Shown here in pieces: positions 24,236 to 37,078 of a stretch of 64,000 nucleotides of DNA. The stretch is from Geosiphon pyriformis uo1. Its lineage: Eukaryota; Fungi; Glomeromycota. The notes beneath the pieces are model-generated. The model did no database searches. It saw only the letters and a program-made list of their open reading frames with translations, and was not told where the DNA came from. Where the stretch lies: positions 1 through 64,000 of the forward strand of contig JAAOMT010000183.1 of NCBI GenBank assembly GCA_016748015.1. Reading direction: 5' to 3'. The translations under genes were made by a program, and so were the position numbers. Numbering within the stretch: the first letter of the stretch is position 1; every line of letters starts with the position of its first letter.

Positions 24236-26266
24236 ATGACAAAGTACGCTGCAATAAATACTGAGGAGTCTACAAATTTTCTACCTGCAGGTAGAGCCCC
24301 AAGTTCCTTCGATCAAGAACATCTCCCGGGGAACCATCTCAGCACTGAAATCGATGACATTAACGGCTTTCATGGAAGTGACGATTTGGCTACTGCTAGT
24401 AATTTTTCCTGCGTGGTACGTCTATAACTACTGAAGATAAGATTAATTGGAAAGTCTCTTATGCAATAGATAACTTGAGAGAAGCTATTTAGATTCTTTA
24501 GAATATTTTCAATCAAATGTTTAAATATTAAATTCGAGTTTTCACTTTAAAAGAGAATCCTTGAATTAAATTTCTAGATCAATCTTGCTAATACTATTCT
24601 TGGTACCGGTATGCTAGCTATGGTAATTAAATCACTTTTTATCAAGGGGGGACATGGGAATGAATTCTTACCTTGCAATATCAATGCTCAGCAGTAGTTT
24701 AGTAAAATTTTTTTCTTGAAAATGGTTAAAAAGCCGGCAGCCTTAGCTTCACTTGGTTTAATATTAGGTGGCTTTATGATCTGTTTCTCAGCATTCACTT
24801 CTGGTCTAGGATTATATTTTTTATCCCGTGCGGCTTCCCGTACAGAAGGCAGGCATTCGTCATTCTTCGCTGTTTCCAAATTGACTTATCCATCGGCAGC
24901 CATTTGGTTTGATCTTGCCATAGCTATCAAATGTTTTGGCGTAGGAATTTCTTATTTGATAATTATTGGTGAATTAATGCCGCAGGTGGTCCGGGGTTTG
25001 ATTAGCGAGAATGATTTCGGAGCTGAATACACCATCTTGTTTGATCGTCGTTTTTGGATCACTGTCTTCATGATTATTATCGTTCCTTTGGCATTCCTCA
25101 AACGGCTGGATTCGTTGCGATATACGAGTTTAATTGCCATTTTTGCTGTCATATATCTTTTATTTATTGTAGTCTATAGTTATCTTGGGCCAGATTATGA
25201 GGTTCCTGAAGATAAAATTCACCTGATCAAGTTCTCGGGAAGATTCTTTACAAACCTGCCTATTTTCGTTTTTGCTTTCACTTGTCATCAGAATGTAAGT
25301 GATCACTCACCGATGCGTCTATTGTTTGTCAACCATTTATGACCTTTGCCTCTATTACATTAATAGATCTTTACCATATACAATGAACTCGAGGATAACA
25401 GTCAGCTCAAGATCAACCGTGTCATTTTTTGTGCTATTACATCAACCTTAATAATATATCAAGTGATTGCCACCATAGGATATTTAACTTTTGGTGAAGA
25501 TGTTTCATCTAATATTATCTCCGAGTGTAAGTGAAAATATTGTGGGTCCGGTGTAATCAGAAACTGTATCATGTGAGGTAACCCGAATCAATATGCTGAT
25601 TTGCTTTGCCTTCTAATTTCAATTGATTGGGCTCTGGGATTTTTTTGTACCATATAGACAAAGCAAGTACTTTAGTCACGATTGGTCGCATTGCCATTGT
25701 GATTCTCGTATTGTTTTCTTATCCATTACAAGCTCACCCATGTCGTGCAAGTTTGGATAAAGTTTTATCAGCATTTTCGGACAGGTCACACTCCTTGGGC
25801 TCCTCCATTTCCAGTCAGGAAAACAACGATAGTGATCCCTTGCTGAATGCTCGAAGGGATAAAGTGCCATATTCGTCCAATCTTAAATATTTCTTTATGA
25901 CAACAGCCATTTTAATCTCAGGTTATTTGGTTGCAATGTTGGTCTCCAAATTAGATCTGGTAAGAATTATTGGGTTAAACTTGTCGAGACTAAAATTTCA
26001 AATAAATTAATTCCAATTTTCACAACTGATTCTATTTTTTTTCAAAGGTTTTGGCTTTTGTAGGATCTACTGGCTCAACGACTATCTCTTTCATTCTTCC
26101 GGGCATATTTTATTATAAATTACACGAGAGCAAACGTTGGACACCAAAGAAAATTCTCTCTGTGTGTCTTCTCGTTTACGGTCTCGCAGTGATGTCAGTT
26201 TGTTTGACAATGAATATTGTGCGAGTTGTGTCTTCCGATCCCGCCCCACAATCTGGAGGTGATTGA
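24236..26266 (+). CDS. Vacuolar amino-acid transporter, AVT5/6/7 (SLC38/Aa_trans) family
   Basis: INLANTILGTGMLAM|PAALAS, FDLAIAIKCFGVGISYLIIIGELMPQV, PLAFLKRLDSLRYTS, FAFTCHQN, FSYPLQAHPCR, FVGSTGSTTISFILPG. Confidence 0.92.
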
Positions 26267-28392
26267 GTATATAAATGTAATTGTTCAGTAAAAAAACTAA
26301 GATTAAAAAGTTTGTTAGTTTAATCTCATAGTTTATTTGCAAAGCAAGCCAAATTAGTGCCATTATAGAGTTTTGGCTAATTGACAAATTGATTTGTTTA
26401 ATAAATATAACTTTAAGCCCAATTTTTGAAAAATGAAAAGACTTTTTAAAAATTCACCAAATAAGAAATAATCCAATACAAATTAAAATAATATTTTTTA
26501 ATATAAAACAACTATATAAGTTTAAATCATTTAATATTAATATAAAAAACATTACAATAAAATATTATAATTAAAAATACAAATAAATTAAATATTAAGT
26601 TAAATAAATAAATATTTACAAATTAATCAAAATTGTTGAAATAATAACAAAAAATTTTAATAATCGAAAAATTTTAAATAAATTTTTTTAATATAATGAT
26701 TATTTTAAATTAATATAATATGATTGTTAAGATTATCAAACTTGAATTTAAACTTTGAAGTATCGAAAAAAACATTTATCAAAGGAACAAGTTTAGTATA
26801 TAGAATAATTTGTTTCAAGTAAAAAATAAAATATTTTTATTGTTGGCTTGCGAATTGGATTTTTTGTTATTAAAATGATAAACGTTTTTTTTTATTAATA
26901 ATTTTTTAAATTTTTTTTTAAATTTTATCAATTAATTTATATGTTTTTAACAAAAAACAAATTTAATAATTATTTTATTATTCTAAAAATATACTGATAG
27001 TTTAAAATTTTGTAATATTTGTAATTAAAAGTTTGATTTTAAACAAAATATAAATAAATTATCATAAATTATAAATGAAATTGTGTTATGAATTAACAAA
27101 GAAATTTAAAGTCTTTGTTTTTTAGTTCAAATAAAATACTGTGTTTTTTTACATAAAAAAAAAATGTTACAGTATAAATTCCATCCTTTCAAACAAAACT
27201 AAAAAACAATTGTTTTATCGAATTCACTTTAATTTTTTCGTTAAAAGGCCTTGATTGTTAATATATTCCCTAAATTTTATTTTTATTATTAAATGCTGAC
27301 AAGCGTGATCCAATCACGACCTACTAACGTAACAAGGAATGTCACATGGTAGCAGCTCTAAAATCATTTGAAATCAAAATTGGGAGAATTATATGTGTTT
27401 ATGATTAAAGTTATTTTGAAGCTTTTTATATTCAATTCAATTTTTACAAAAAGTTCAGTTACCTATTTTTCCTAAATCTACTCAGTCAAGCAATTTTCAA
27501 TTCTTAATTGGATTTTATCTTGGTTAATTGAATTACCAAGCTGTCCCCTTTCAGCATCAATAATTACAACATAATTGTGAAACTGGGGAATGTTCAATTA
27601 ATATAATTGTCTAGAAAAACCATTTCGTTTTTCAATCAATGGCGAATTATTGCTAAAATCTTACTGGTTGAAAAGGAAATTTATCTCAGGGAATGATCTT
27701 TACTGATAATCTATTAACATCAATCAGTAATGATTATCCGAGCGGTCTTTGCAACCTCAAAAAAGAAAAATATTGTGATAAAAGAAAATAATATTTTCTA
27801 ATGCGTGTGACTTTTGAATCCATCCATCAACCATATTTGGAATAGCGTGGAATAACAGAAACTCTAAAAAACTGGTTGCGGTTATCCAAAAAGAATCTAT
27901 CATCATCTAAGAAGATGGTTACATTTTAAAAAACACGAAATGGTAATCGAAACAAAGAATGATTTTTCATGGAACGCCAAAGAAAAAATCCTATCTGAGC
28001 TATCTTATTTTCTATAAATAATATAAAAAATGCAGTTAAACTTAATATACTGTCTGTTGCAAAAAGAATAGTAATTGACATTTTTAATTATATATAATAA
28101 ATAATTAAGAAAGAATTTAATAAAATTCTTTAATATATATATAGAATAACTTTAAGTGAACTTGTTTATTATTTTATAAAAAATATCTAATTTATTAAAA
28201 TTTAAATAAGTGACTATTATTTTATAATAATTATCATAATTATATGATTAATACTCTATTTATTAGCTTAGAATTAATAAATATATTAAAAAAATCAACA
28301 TGAAATTTATTTATTTATTATTGAAATTAAAATTCTATAAACTTATATATTTTTTTATAATTTTTAATTATTTCTCAAAAATTTTAAATAGA

Positions 28393-28461
<69 letters not shown>
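28393..28461. repeat. (ATT)23 microsatellite
   Basis: Perfect tandem trinucleotide repeat. Confidence 0.95.
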
Positions 28462-29283
28462 TTAAAATTGTGAATTATTTTTCAATTTTTAAAAAATATT
28501 ATCAAGAATTTTAACATGTGTTTACAATTGTTATTATTGTAAAATACTTTAAATGTATTGTATCTTTTTTAAAAAAGCTTTTTTATACAAAAACCTTTTT
28601 TAATCTTTTGAAATTGAACAAATTGATTCCATTTTTATATCATGTTTCTAAAATGCTAAAAATATTGTTTCAATTGTAATTTATGTGTAATTATTTTAAC
28701 TACTTTTGTTTATTATGGACAGTAAATATTAAAACATATTAGTTATAAGTTTTCTTGGTCTTTTTTAAAAACCAACTTGCTAGCTACAAAGTTATTATCT
28801 TGAATATTTTTTTCAAAATTGTATCACTTTTAATCTACTAAAAATTCAGTCTATCCTTTTATTATTAATTAGAGCTGTTAAACTAGCCTTAATTTTGTTT
28901 TTGGATATATTAGGATGAAATTCTGTTAATTAATAAAAATGAAAACATAAAAAACTTTATTTTTTGCTTTATCAAGAGCGATGTGTCTTCAAGAGAGCAA
29001 ATATTAAAAGTGTTGGAATATTCACCATATAAATTTTGTTTGACAGTTTGAGATCCAGACATATTTCGCATAAATATTTGTGCTAATCCAGATGATTATG
29101 TATAGATTATCTAATATATGTAATATTTTTTGTCAATGGCATATAATCAGTGATATTAGTTCAATCAGTTGAATGTAACTTCGAAATTGCAGACTTGTAA
29201 CTCTCTATTAAAAAAAAACGCGAGAACCCGGTTGTAAATAACGACTGAATCTTAATAATTTATTTCATCCGACCAGTTGAAAT

Positions 29284-31582
29284 ATGTGTGGTATATTCGC
29301 AGTGCACAACTATCATGGAGGCGACTTGTACGCTTATCGTCGACGCGCGTTAATGTTATCGAAAAAGTAATTTTTATAAAACTTGTGAATTATTCTTGTC
29401 TATATGACTAAAACTAAAAGAATTTCTTTTGTTCTTTTGATGATTATATAGATTAAGACACCGTGGACCAGACTGGAGTGGGTGTAAACTCGTTGGCAAT
29501 ACTATTCTGTGTCATGAACGGTTAGCAATCGTTGGAGTCGGTAAGTATTATCGTCATACTTTCCATCATCATTTGAAAAAAATTCTTTGATCTACACATC
29601 ACGCATCCATTTTAGATAGTGGAGCACAACCGTTGACCAATGAAAAAGAATCAATATTTCTCGCCGCAAATGGGGAAATCTATAATCATAAAAAATTGGA
29701 GGAAGAAGTACCCGATGCTCATTTCAAGACCCATTCCGATTGTGAGGTTATTCTTCATTTGGTGAGTATTACTAGTTTTTCAATGAATATTTGATTAAGC
29801 ATTAATGTTTTATTAAATCTTTTTTGTCATGATTTTATTACATTAGTATGAAAAACTCGGCACAGAAGTTGTGAACCATCTTGATGGATATTTCTCTTTT
29901 GTACTCCTTGACACTAGAGTCATTCCTTATCGCCTGATTGCAGCCCGTGATTCGATTGGAATCACAACTCTATACCAAGGCTGGTCATCCCGGTTACCGA
30001 ATGCTGTCTTCTTTTCTTCGGAACTCAAATCCTTGAACGAAGATTGTGATAAGATCATCGCCTTCCCGCCTGGACACATTTATGATTCTGCCACCAATAG
30101 AACTACAAGTTATTATCACCCCAAATGGTGGAACCAAGATTATGTTCCGACAAACCCGGTTGATTATAAATTGATAAGAGAAACGTTGGAGGAAGCGGTG
30201 CGCAAAAGATTGATGAGTGAAGTGCCCTACGGAGTGTTACTGAGTGGGGGTTTGGATTCTAGTTTGATCGCCTCGATTGCCACGCGTGAAGCAGCGAAAA
30301 TTATCATGTCACAGAATGGAAACGAGGGAAATGAAAGTGGGTATGAAATTTCAAAAGGCACGTCTTGTTATGTAATGGATTTCAAATTTAGATTTCTTAT
30401 TAATTTCTATAGGCGCGCCCTTATCCTGGCCGAAGCTTCATTCTTTTTCAATTGGTTTGGTTGGAGCCCCGGATTTGATCGCGGCACGTCGAGCAGCCGA
30501 TTTCTTAAAAACCAGGCATCATGAATACACCTTCACTATCCAAGAAGGTCTTGATGCGGTCAATGATATTATCTATCATCTGGAAACTTATGATGTGACT
30601 ACTATAAGGGCCAGTACACCAATGTATTTGTTGTCGAGGAAGATCAAAGCGATGGGTGTGAAAATGGTACTAAGTGGCGAAGGAAGTGATGAAATCTTGG
30701 GAGGTGAGATTTTGAAATAAAAACCTTAATTCAATGAGATTGTGTTATATGATTGATTAACCCTATCACCTCCTCACACAAAGGATATTTATACTTTCAC
30801 GCGGCTCCAAATGCGATTGAATTCCACAAAGAAACTGTCAATCGGGTAAAAAATCTCCACACTGCCGATTGTTTACGTGCAAACAAGTCCACCATGGCTT
30901 GGGGACTCGAATCTCGTGTTCCTTTCTTGGATAAAGCGTTCCTCGACGTAGCAATGAATATTAATCCCGAAGAAAAAATGTTCAAGAAAGGAAGGATGGA
31001 AAAGGTTTATTGCAATCATTATAACTTCAACTTTTTAATCCCTTTTCAAAATTCCTCAACTCGATTCGATTCAAACATCATCATTTACAAAACACTTTTA
31101 GTACATTCTTCGAAAGGCCTTTGACGTCTCAACCATCGGAAATTCCCCTCCTTATCTTCCCGATAACATCCTTTGGCGTCAAAAGGAACAATTTTCAGAC
31201 GGAGTTGGATACAGCTGGATCGATTCGCTGAAAGAAGCGGCAGAATTTCACGTCACAGACGCACAACTCGCTCACGCGGCACGAAAATGGCCTAATGATA
31301 CACCGAATACGAAAGAAGCCTATTGGTATCGAGAACAATTTGAGAGCTGGTTCCCGCAAGAGGCGTGTGCTAGTAGTGTGGTTAGATGGATTCCGAGATC
31401 GGATTGGGGTAGATATTTTATATAATTTTCTGAATTTCAATTCTTGAAATTTATTTTCATTGTCGTTCATAGGTTGTCCCGAGGATCCATCTGGTCGTGC
31501 CCAAACGGTTCATCAGGCTGCTTATGAAAATGGTCAAAAAAAGGACCGAAGAAAATATAAAAAACCTGAGGCCAGGCTTTAA
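29284..31582 (+). CDS. ASN1: Asparagine synthetase (glutamine-hydrolysing)
   Basis: MCGIFA Ntn start, [76 protein letters not shown]; stop at 31580-31582. Confidence 0.97.
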
Positions 31583-33439
31583 TACAAGTAATCCATTCCC
31601 AACTATTCCCTTAATAATTGTAAATTATTTCTCTATTATTTTTTTTCTAGTATTTTCAACCATAATTAAAACTTGTATCCGAGAACTCCTTATAATTAAT
31701 TTAAGAGAAACACAACAAGGTCTAAAGAGTTTTTGCATGTATATGAGATGAATGTCTGTAACTTCTTTTATGTGAATGAATTTAAACAGTTTCAAGAGGC
31801 ATCGGTTTATAAAATAAACGAGCCAAGTCATTGCTTTTCTGTTATGATTTTGTTTCTAGCATTTGAAAATTTTCATGATGTTACAGCTACTGGATATTTT
31901 ATCGCAAAACTAAAATTTATTTCATGTATCACGTTTTGAAAACAGAAGTTTGGAATTGCTATTATTTGCGAATATGGTTTTTCAAAATTAGCAAATTTAA
32001 ATGCCAATTGAAAGATTAAAACCACAATCGAGTTGAATAGATTTGAGTTATAATCAAAAACTATTGGTCCAAAGTAATAAATTTGAAATTAAGCCTTTGG
32101 CATTTACTATTAATTAGCAACTTTCTTAAGTATCAAAATTGTAATAATAATTTTATTTAAAATAGAATAGGTTTCAATTTAAAAATGAAATTAATTTTCA
32201 AGTCATTGATTGTTTAATTTCTAAATGTTTTTTCTGTTACTTGTATATATATATATATTTTTAGTAATATAAAATACTTTGGTATTTTTAGTTATTTCTA
32301 TATTTCTGAAATTTTTGTTATTATATTATTTATAATGTTAATATTTGATTAGTTAATTATTATTGTTGAAAAAATAAAAAAACTATCTACTTGAAAAAAT
32401 CATTTTTTGATAATCTGTGATTTTTTTTAAAAGATTTTACTCTTTATAACTAACAAATTAACATTTAAAACAAATAATTTCTAATAATAAACACAATTTT
32501 ACTCTTAAAGAAAAAAACAGTTGACAAAAAAACAATTGTGAATAATAACAAAAATTAATTTAAACTTATTGTTTTACTTTTTTTTAAAAGTTAGATTTTT
32601 AAGTAAAGTTATTAATATATTCAAATTATTTAAACCAAAAATAAGATTAATACTACAAAATTTATTTATATTAGTTTTAATTACTTTACTCTTATTTTCA
32701 ATACTATACTTATTACCAAATGCAATAGGCTTTTTCAAAAAAAACACTATTTATTAAAAATTTTTATTCTTTTACTATAATTTTTTAACTTAAGTGTTAA
32801 AATAACTGTCAAAAATAATCAGCTTTCACGTTCATTATCTGGTATATGTATATTGTTTTCTAAAATTTACTTAGTCTTAAATATAACAAAGTTATGAAAG
32901 ATTATTTTGATTTATTACTCGTAGTTATTGGCCTAAAAAATTACTAATTTTGTGGTAATACTATGAAAGACACAGAAAATTTTATTAATCTTCCAAATTT
33001 TATGAACTCTTTCAAAAATTTTGGCTTTTTATTAAATTAGCTAGATTCTACAATATTGAAAGTTATCAAAATCAAATTATTTCTTCCATTGGTCAATTTT
33101 TGAAGACTGGAGTGTCTTTTTACACTTTTAAATACCAGTTATAAAGATTTTGTAGCAAATATTAAAAAGCTTTTTCAATTAAACCAATTTTAAAACTTTG
33201 CCTATTAATTTTTTTTCATTATTTGAAACACCAGCTCATGATAATTCAATCTCTAGTCAAAACTTCAGAATTCGATTATCTAACTATGCTTCCTTTGGCC
33301 AATATAAGATATTCTACCAAAGTTTATTCCTCAAATTGAAGAGCTTTAAAATGAAGACAAAGATGCTTCTTACTTTACTTATTACTACCATTACGTATAA
33401 CATGTTTTATTACCCTTTAAAGAAAATAATTAGCTAATA

Positions 33440-34415
33440 ATTCAAAAAGCCTGAAAAAAGTATAAGTTAAAAGTTCGATTAATCTTACCTGCGAGATCAA
33501 AGCTGTTACATAAATCATTACAGGAATCTATAAAATTGATACAAAAAGAGGCTTAAATCTTTCGAGAAGGAATTCAAAAAAACCTTACCATCATACCCAT
33601 TGGAGCAGATACACTAACAGATAACTAGCAACCTTTCTTGTTACCATATACTTAAGGTTTCGGGCATCTTGTGTCCCGTTACTGTCTGAGAAATTATGAG
33701 TTTTTTTTTGATAATAATCTAAGGATACATACGAAACAAGAAAATGTTATTAACATGGTTCCACTCTATATCACAAGTGTGATGGTGTTGTCTCTACGTC
33801 GATGTGTTACACACCTTTGAGAGAGAGAGAGTTTATAAAAACCATAATTATAATATTTCTTTCAGATTTTGTGCATACAGTATTTCTGCGACCCAAAACC
33901 ATCAATCGATGGTAGAATAGTGATAAAAGTAAAGGCTGCAATAATCAAAAAAAGCCGATGGTCATAGCGACCAAAGTTGAATGAATATTCGCGCACAACT
34001 AAGGATAAAAGTGAAATTTTTTTAGATTTTAATGTAAATCAAAAAATACTTATGAAAATTAGTACCTTTTAAATATGTGGAAACAGCAATTATACTGTAG
34101 AGAAAATTATTAAAGGCACTGGCAACTCCTTGTGCAATACCAATGATTTTACATGCTGGTTTTGTTATATCTTACCCAAGTACCCCTATAATAAACTCAA
34201 GGCCTTGGTGAATATTGACAAACGACTTTCAACTAAAAAAATTCAAAACCTTCTTACAAAGTTAATGGCATGTATCGAGATAATAAAAAAATCTAAGATA
34301 TAAGAACAAAAAGTTGTTAATACCAAGCCACATCATTGATTATTTGATCATGTTAAGACTCCTCATACCATTCGCTTCCATTTGAGAAACGTGCTCAAAA
34401 AGATAAAAGAACATC
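33440..34415 (-). pseudogene. Seven-TM GPCR-like (cAMP-receptor/Git3-type) pseudogene, 5' exon missing
   Basis: Exon remnants: GCSFIFLSTFLKW; ITKPACKIIGIAQGVASAFNNFLYSIIAVSTYLK|VVREYSFNFGRYDHRLFLIIAAFTFITILPSIDGFGSQKY; RNLKYMVTRKVASYLLVYLLQW. Frameshifts and stops are present. Confidence 0.65.
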
Positions 34416-34447
34416 CTAGAAAATTTAATCATTTAAAATTCCCTGTC

Positions 34448-34598
34448 TCGTTTGTTATTATCAGAGAGGCGTTAAATACATTGTTTTTTTAACGCGTATC
34501 TGATTATACACTAAATAATTATAAACAATGTTTTTTGTTCACATTTATAATCAGAAACGTGGTAAAAAATTTTTTAACGCGTCACTGATTATAAACGA
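34448..34598. repeat. Double inverted-repeat (two-hairpin) palindromic element with two ACGCGT sites
   Basis: Four alternating copies of a ~22-bp motif (TTATAATCAGA.ACGCGTTAAAA or its reverse complement), bracketed by TCGTTT and AAACGA. Confidence 0.8.
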
Positions 34599-34721
34599 TT
34601 ATTTAAATCACAAAAATAAATTTTAGTTTTTTTAAACTTTCTTCTCAACAAAAACTGTTACTTTTCCATTTTCTTGAGAAAAAACACTTTTTTCTATCAC
34701 CAATTTAATCACTATACAAAC

Positions 34722-36188
34722 ATGCCAAGAGGTGGACTACCAGAAGCAACTTTAGTTAAAGTTGCTCATCGCGAATATTGGGAGCGTGCCGTGAGCAACT
34801 GTGGGCACACCGACGACTGGAACGCTTACTACCTCAAGAAACATCAAAATGCGATAATGGAGATGTCGCGCCAGGTTTTAAATTCTGAATTAGAAATTTT
34901 AATTCAGAATTTAAAACAATCTACAAGGGGAAGTCAGAAAGCAGTTTTAATGCACCAAGCATTAAAACTTCAAGGAAAACAAGCATCAGTCGAAGAACCC
35001 CCAACTTTCCTCCCCAACAGCCCACAAACACCTCCCAACGACCCGCCAACACTCACCATGGCTGAAAATCATGAAATCCTACTATTAATGCTCCCTGTTA
35101 CCGCTACACTCCTGCCCTACAGGAGAATCCTTGAGGAGATGAGGAATCACCACACTGAAGAGCAATCACAAAGGGGTAGGCATTTATCCCTAATACTTAC
35201 CTGGTCTGTTGTAGACTGGTCTCTTTTCACAGGCCTCCAATCCACCAGCACGTCTTTGCCTACACCATCTATCAACGTGCCTTTATTGGAGCTTGTCCTC
35301 AAAGATAGTTCCAATGAGCAAATTCAACGTGCAGTTGCAATTATTGGCAATCTAATTGCAAAAGACATTGTGAAAACCACAAAGCCCCACATCCAGGAAC
35401 AGTTGCCAAGTTCCTTTGACACAAAAGAACACTGTGTCAACAATGTAGGGGTAGCTTTTTCAGTAATTAGTTCTGTCTTGCTTTGTTCACTGATACCTTG
35501 CAGAGGTCCAGGAAGTAAGCCTTCAAAACAACTCTGGACAAAGATTTTCCAAGATACCTTCCTGATAGGTTCAGAAGATATCGACACAAACTGGGAATAT
35601 CAACCCCAAATTCCTGGTAATAGTGGAAAAGATTCTGCAAGATCAGATTTTGCAGCTGTTGTCTTCACTACTTTGGGGCAGCAATTTCCCTTTTTTATTG
35701 TTGAATTTGAAGCAAATGGATTCTCAATACATAAAGATGAAATAGTTGTTGTGGCTGTATTTGAATATAATAAGTTTCTTGCAACTGCTCCTTATATGAC
35801 AGAAGCTGAAGTGAATAGAACTTGCCTGCATGTTGGTCTCGTGAATGAGACTACTATCCAGTTGGGTTTGATAAAGGCACTTTACAATGAAGCAGATAGG
35901 ACTTTACTTTATACCTATCATGCTCAAAATGCCATTTTCAAATTTCACACTGGAAATCAAGAGGTTGACATCATAAATGCATTCAAGTTAATGGTGTACT
36001 TGAAAACATTTATATGTCAAGATGGGATGACTCTCAAAGTATTGCTTAACAGAGAAGGCACCAAACAAAATATGAATTTGCTGGCTGCCTTGCCTCATCT
36101 CCCCAAAAAAGCCATCAAATCTCGCATCAGATCTGAATTTACCCTTGAGCCAAAGAGAGTAAAATATTCAGATCCTGAGCTGAATTGA
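34722..36188 (+). CDS. Intronless protein with C-terminal PD-(D/E)XK (REase)-like domain, Crinkler/CR-like architecture
   Basis: Uninterrupted ORF, first ATG at 34722. Helical N-terminal header, Pro-rich linker, then WEYQ..SARSDFAAVV..FPFFIVEFE..IHKD. The fold call is by motif only. Confidence 0.65.
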   Translation: MPRGGLPEATLVKVAHREYWERAVSNCGHTDDWNAYYLKKHQNAIMEMSRQVLNSELEILIQNLKQSTRGSQKAVLMHQALKLQGKQASVEEPPTFLPNSPQTPPNDPPTLTMAENHEILLLMLPVTATLLPYRRILEEMRNHHTEEQSQRGRHLSLILTWSVVDWSLFTGLQSTSTSLPTPSINVPLLELVLKDSSNEQIQRAVAIIGNLIAKDIVKTTKPHIQEQLPSSFDTKEHCVNNVGVAFSVISSVLLCSLIPCRGPGSKPSKQLWTKIFQDTFLIGSEDIDTNWEYQPQIPGNSGKDSARSDFAAVVFTTLGQQFPFFIVEFEANGFSIHKDEIVVVAVFEYNKFLATAPYMTEAEVNRTCLHVGLVNETTIQLGLIKALYNEADRTLLYTYHAQNAIFKFHTGNQEVDIINAFKLMVYLKTFICQDGMTLKVLLNREGTKQNMNLLAALPHLPKKAIKSRIRSEFTLEPKRVKYSDPELN

Positions 36189-36559
36189 TGGCATGACAAT
36201 TTCCAACGATGACGACGACAATTCCCAATTCCCAAAATGACAAGCACATTATAGGATTTGGTGGTATTTATTCGCAAATCTGCTATCGGCTGCCAATGAC
36301 GAATTATTGGCATCCACCAACTCATGAACACAAACAGCTATAATCAGTACGACCAACGATTCACGAAAAGATCTTGGGAGCTTTGCCCAATATTCATATG
36401 TACAGATGTCTAAACCTTCATTGATTATAGTTAAATCTCTTCTAAAAGAGCCATGATGTTTGTATTAGCCAAAGCCATTGAGCTTATCAAAGTGGTTTCA
36501 CTCATTAACTGCGATGTTAATAAGACATGGCCTATTTGAAAACTTAAAGCATGTTCCGA

Positions 36560-36845
36560 ATTCCCTTGAATTTTTTGTTCACTTCATTGATGTTAGGCTT
36601 ATTATCAAGTAACTTATTCCAACACTTTTTATATAGCACAATATATTCAGTTGTATTTTTGACAGGGGTTTCTTGTATGCCATCAGCAATTTGGACTAAT
36701 AATATTTAGAAGTTTTACTCATAAGTAGAGTCTTTTATAGAACTATGCTAAATTAAAATTTCCTTACATATAAGTATCCATTTTCTAGTATTTTTAAATG
36801 CATGAGCGGCCACTTGTTAATTTCCATAGGAGGACGCCAAGAGCA
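36560..36845 (-). pseudogene. Protein kinase C-lobe fragment
   Basis: LGVLLWKLTSGR (subdomain IX) and IADGIQETPVKNTTEYIVLYKKCWNKLLDNKPNINEV (subdomains X-XI), degraded. Confidence 0.7.
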
Positions 36846-37078
36846 TAAATAATATTTTTTGAATTTTTATAAATTAAAAAAATGCGCAATTATATAACAT
36901 TTCAACTTTAAGTTATTTTTATATTTTAGGATTAGGAATATATTATAAATTAAAAAAGTTTTTAAACAAAATTCAAGCGATCTAAATATTTTACAAAAGA
37001 TTTATAAACTAAATATGTTTAATAAAATAATTCTGCCTAAAAATATTTAACTAACCAATTTTTGAAAATACTGATATA

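Noticed and set aside
27300-28000. Moderately GC-richer intergenic patch, possible decayed gene (IFHGT word)
   Set aside because: No sustained reading frame or second motif.
34441-36667. CCCTGTC/GACAGGG as TIRs of the nuclease cassette
   Set aside because: Only 7 bp, and the right copy lies inside the kinase-fragment coding sequence (ETPVK), so it is probably coincidental.
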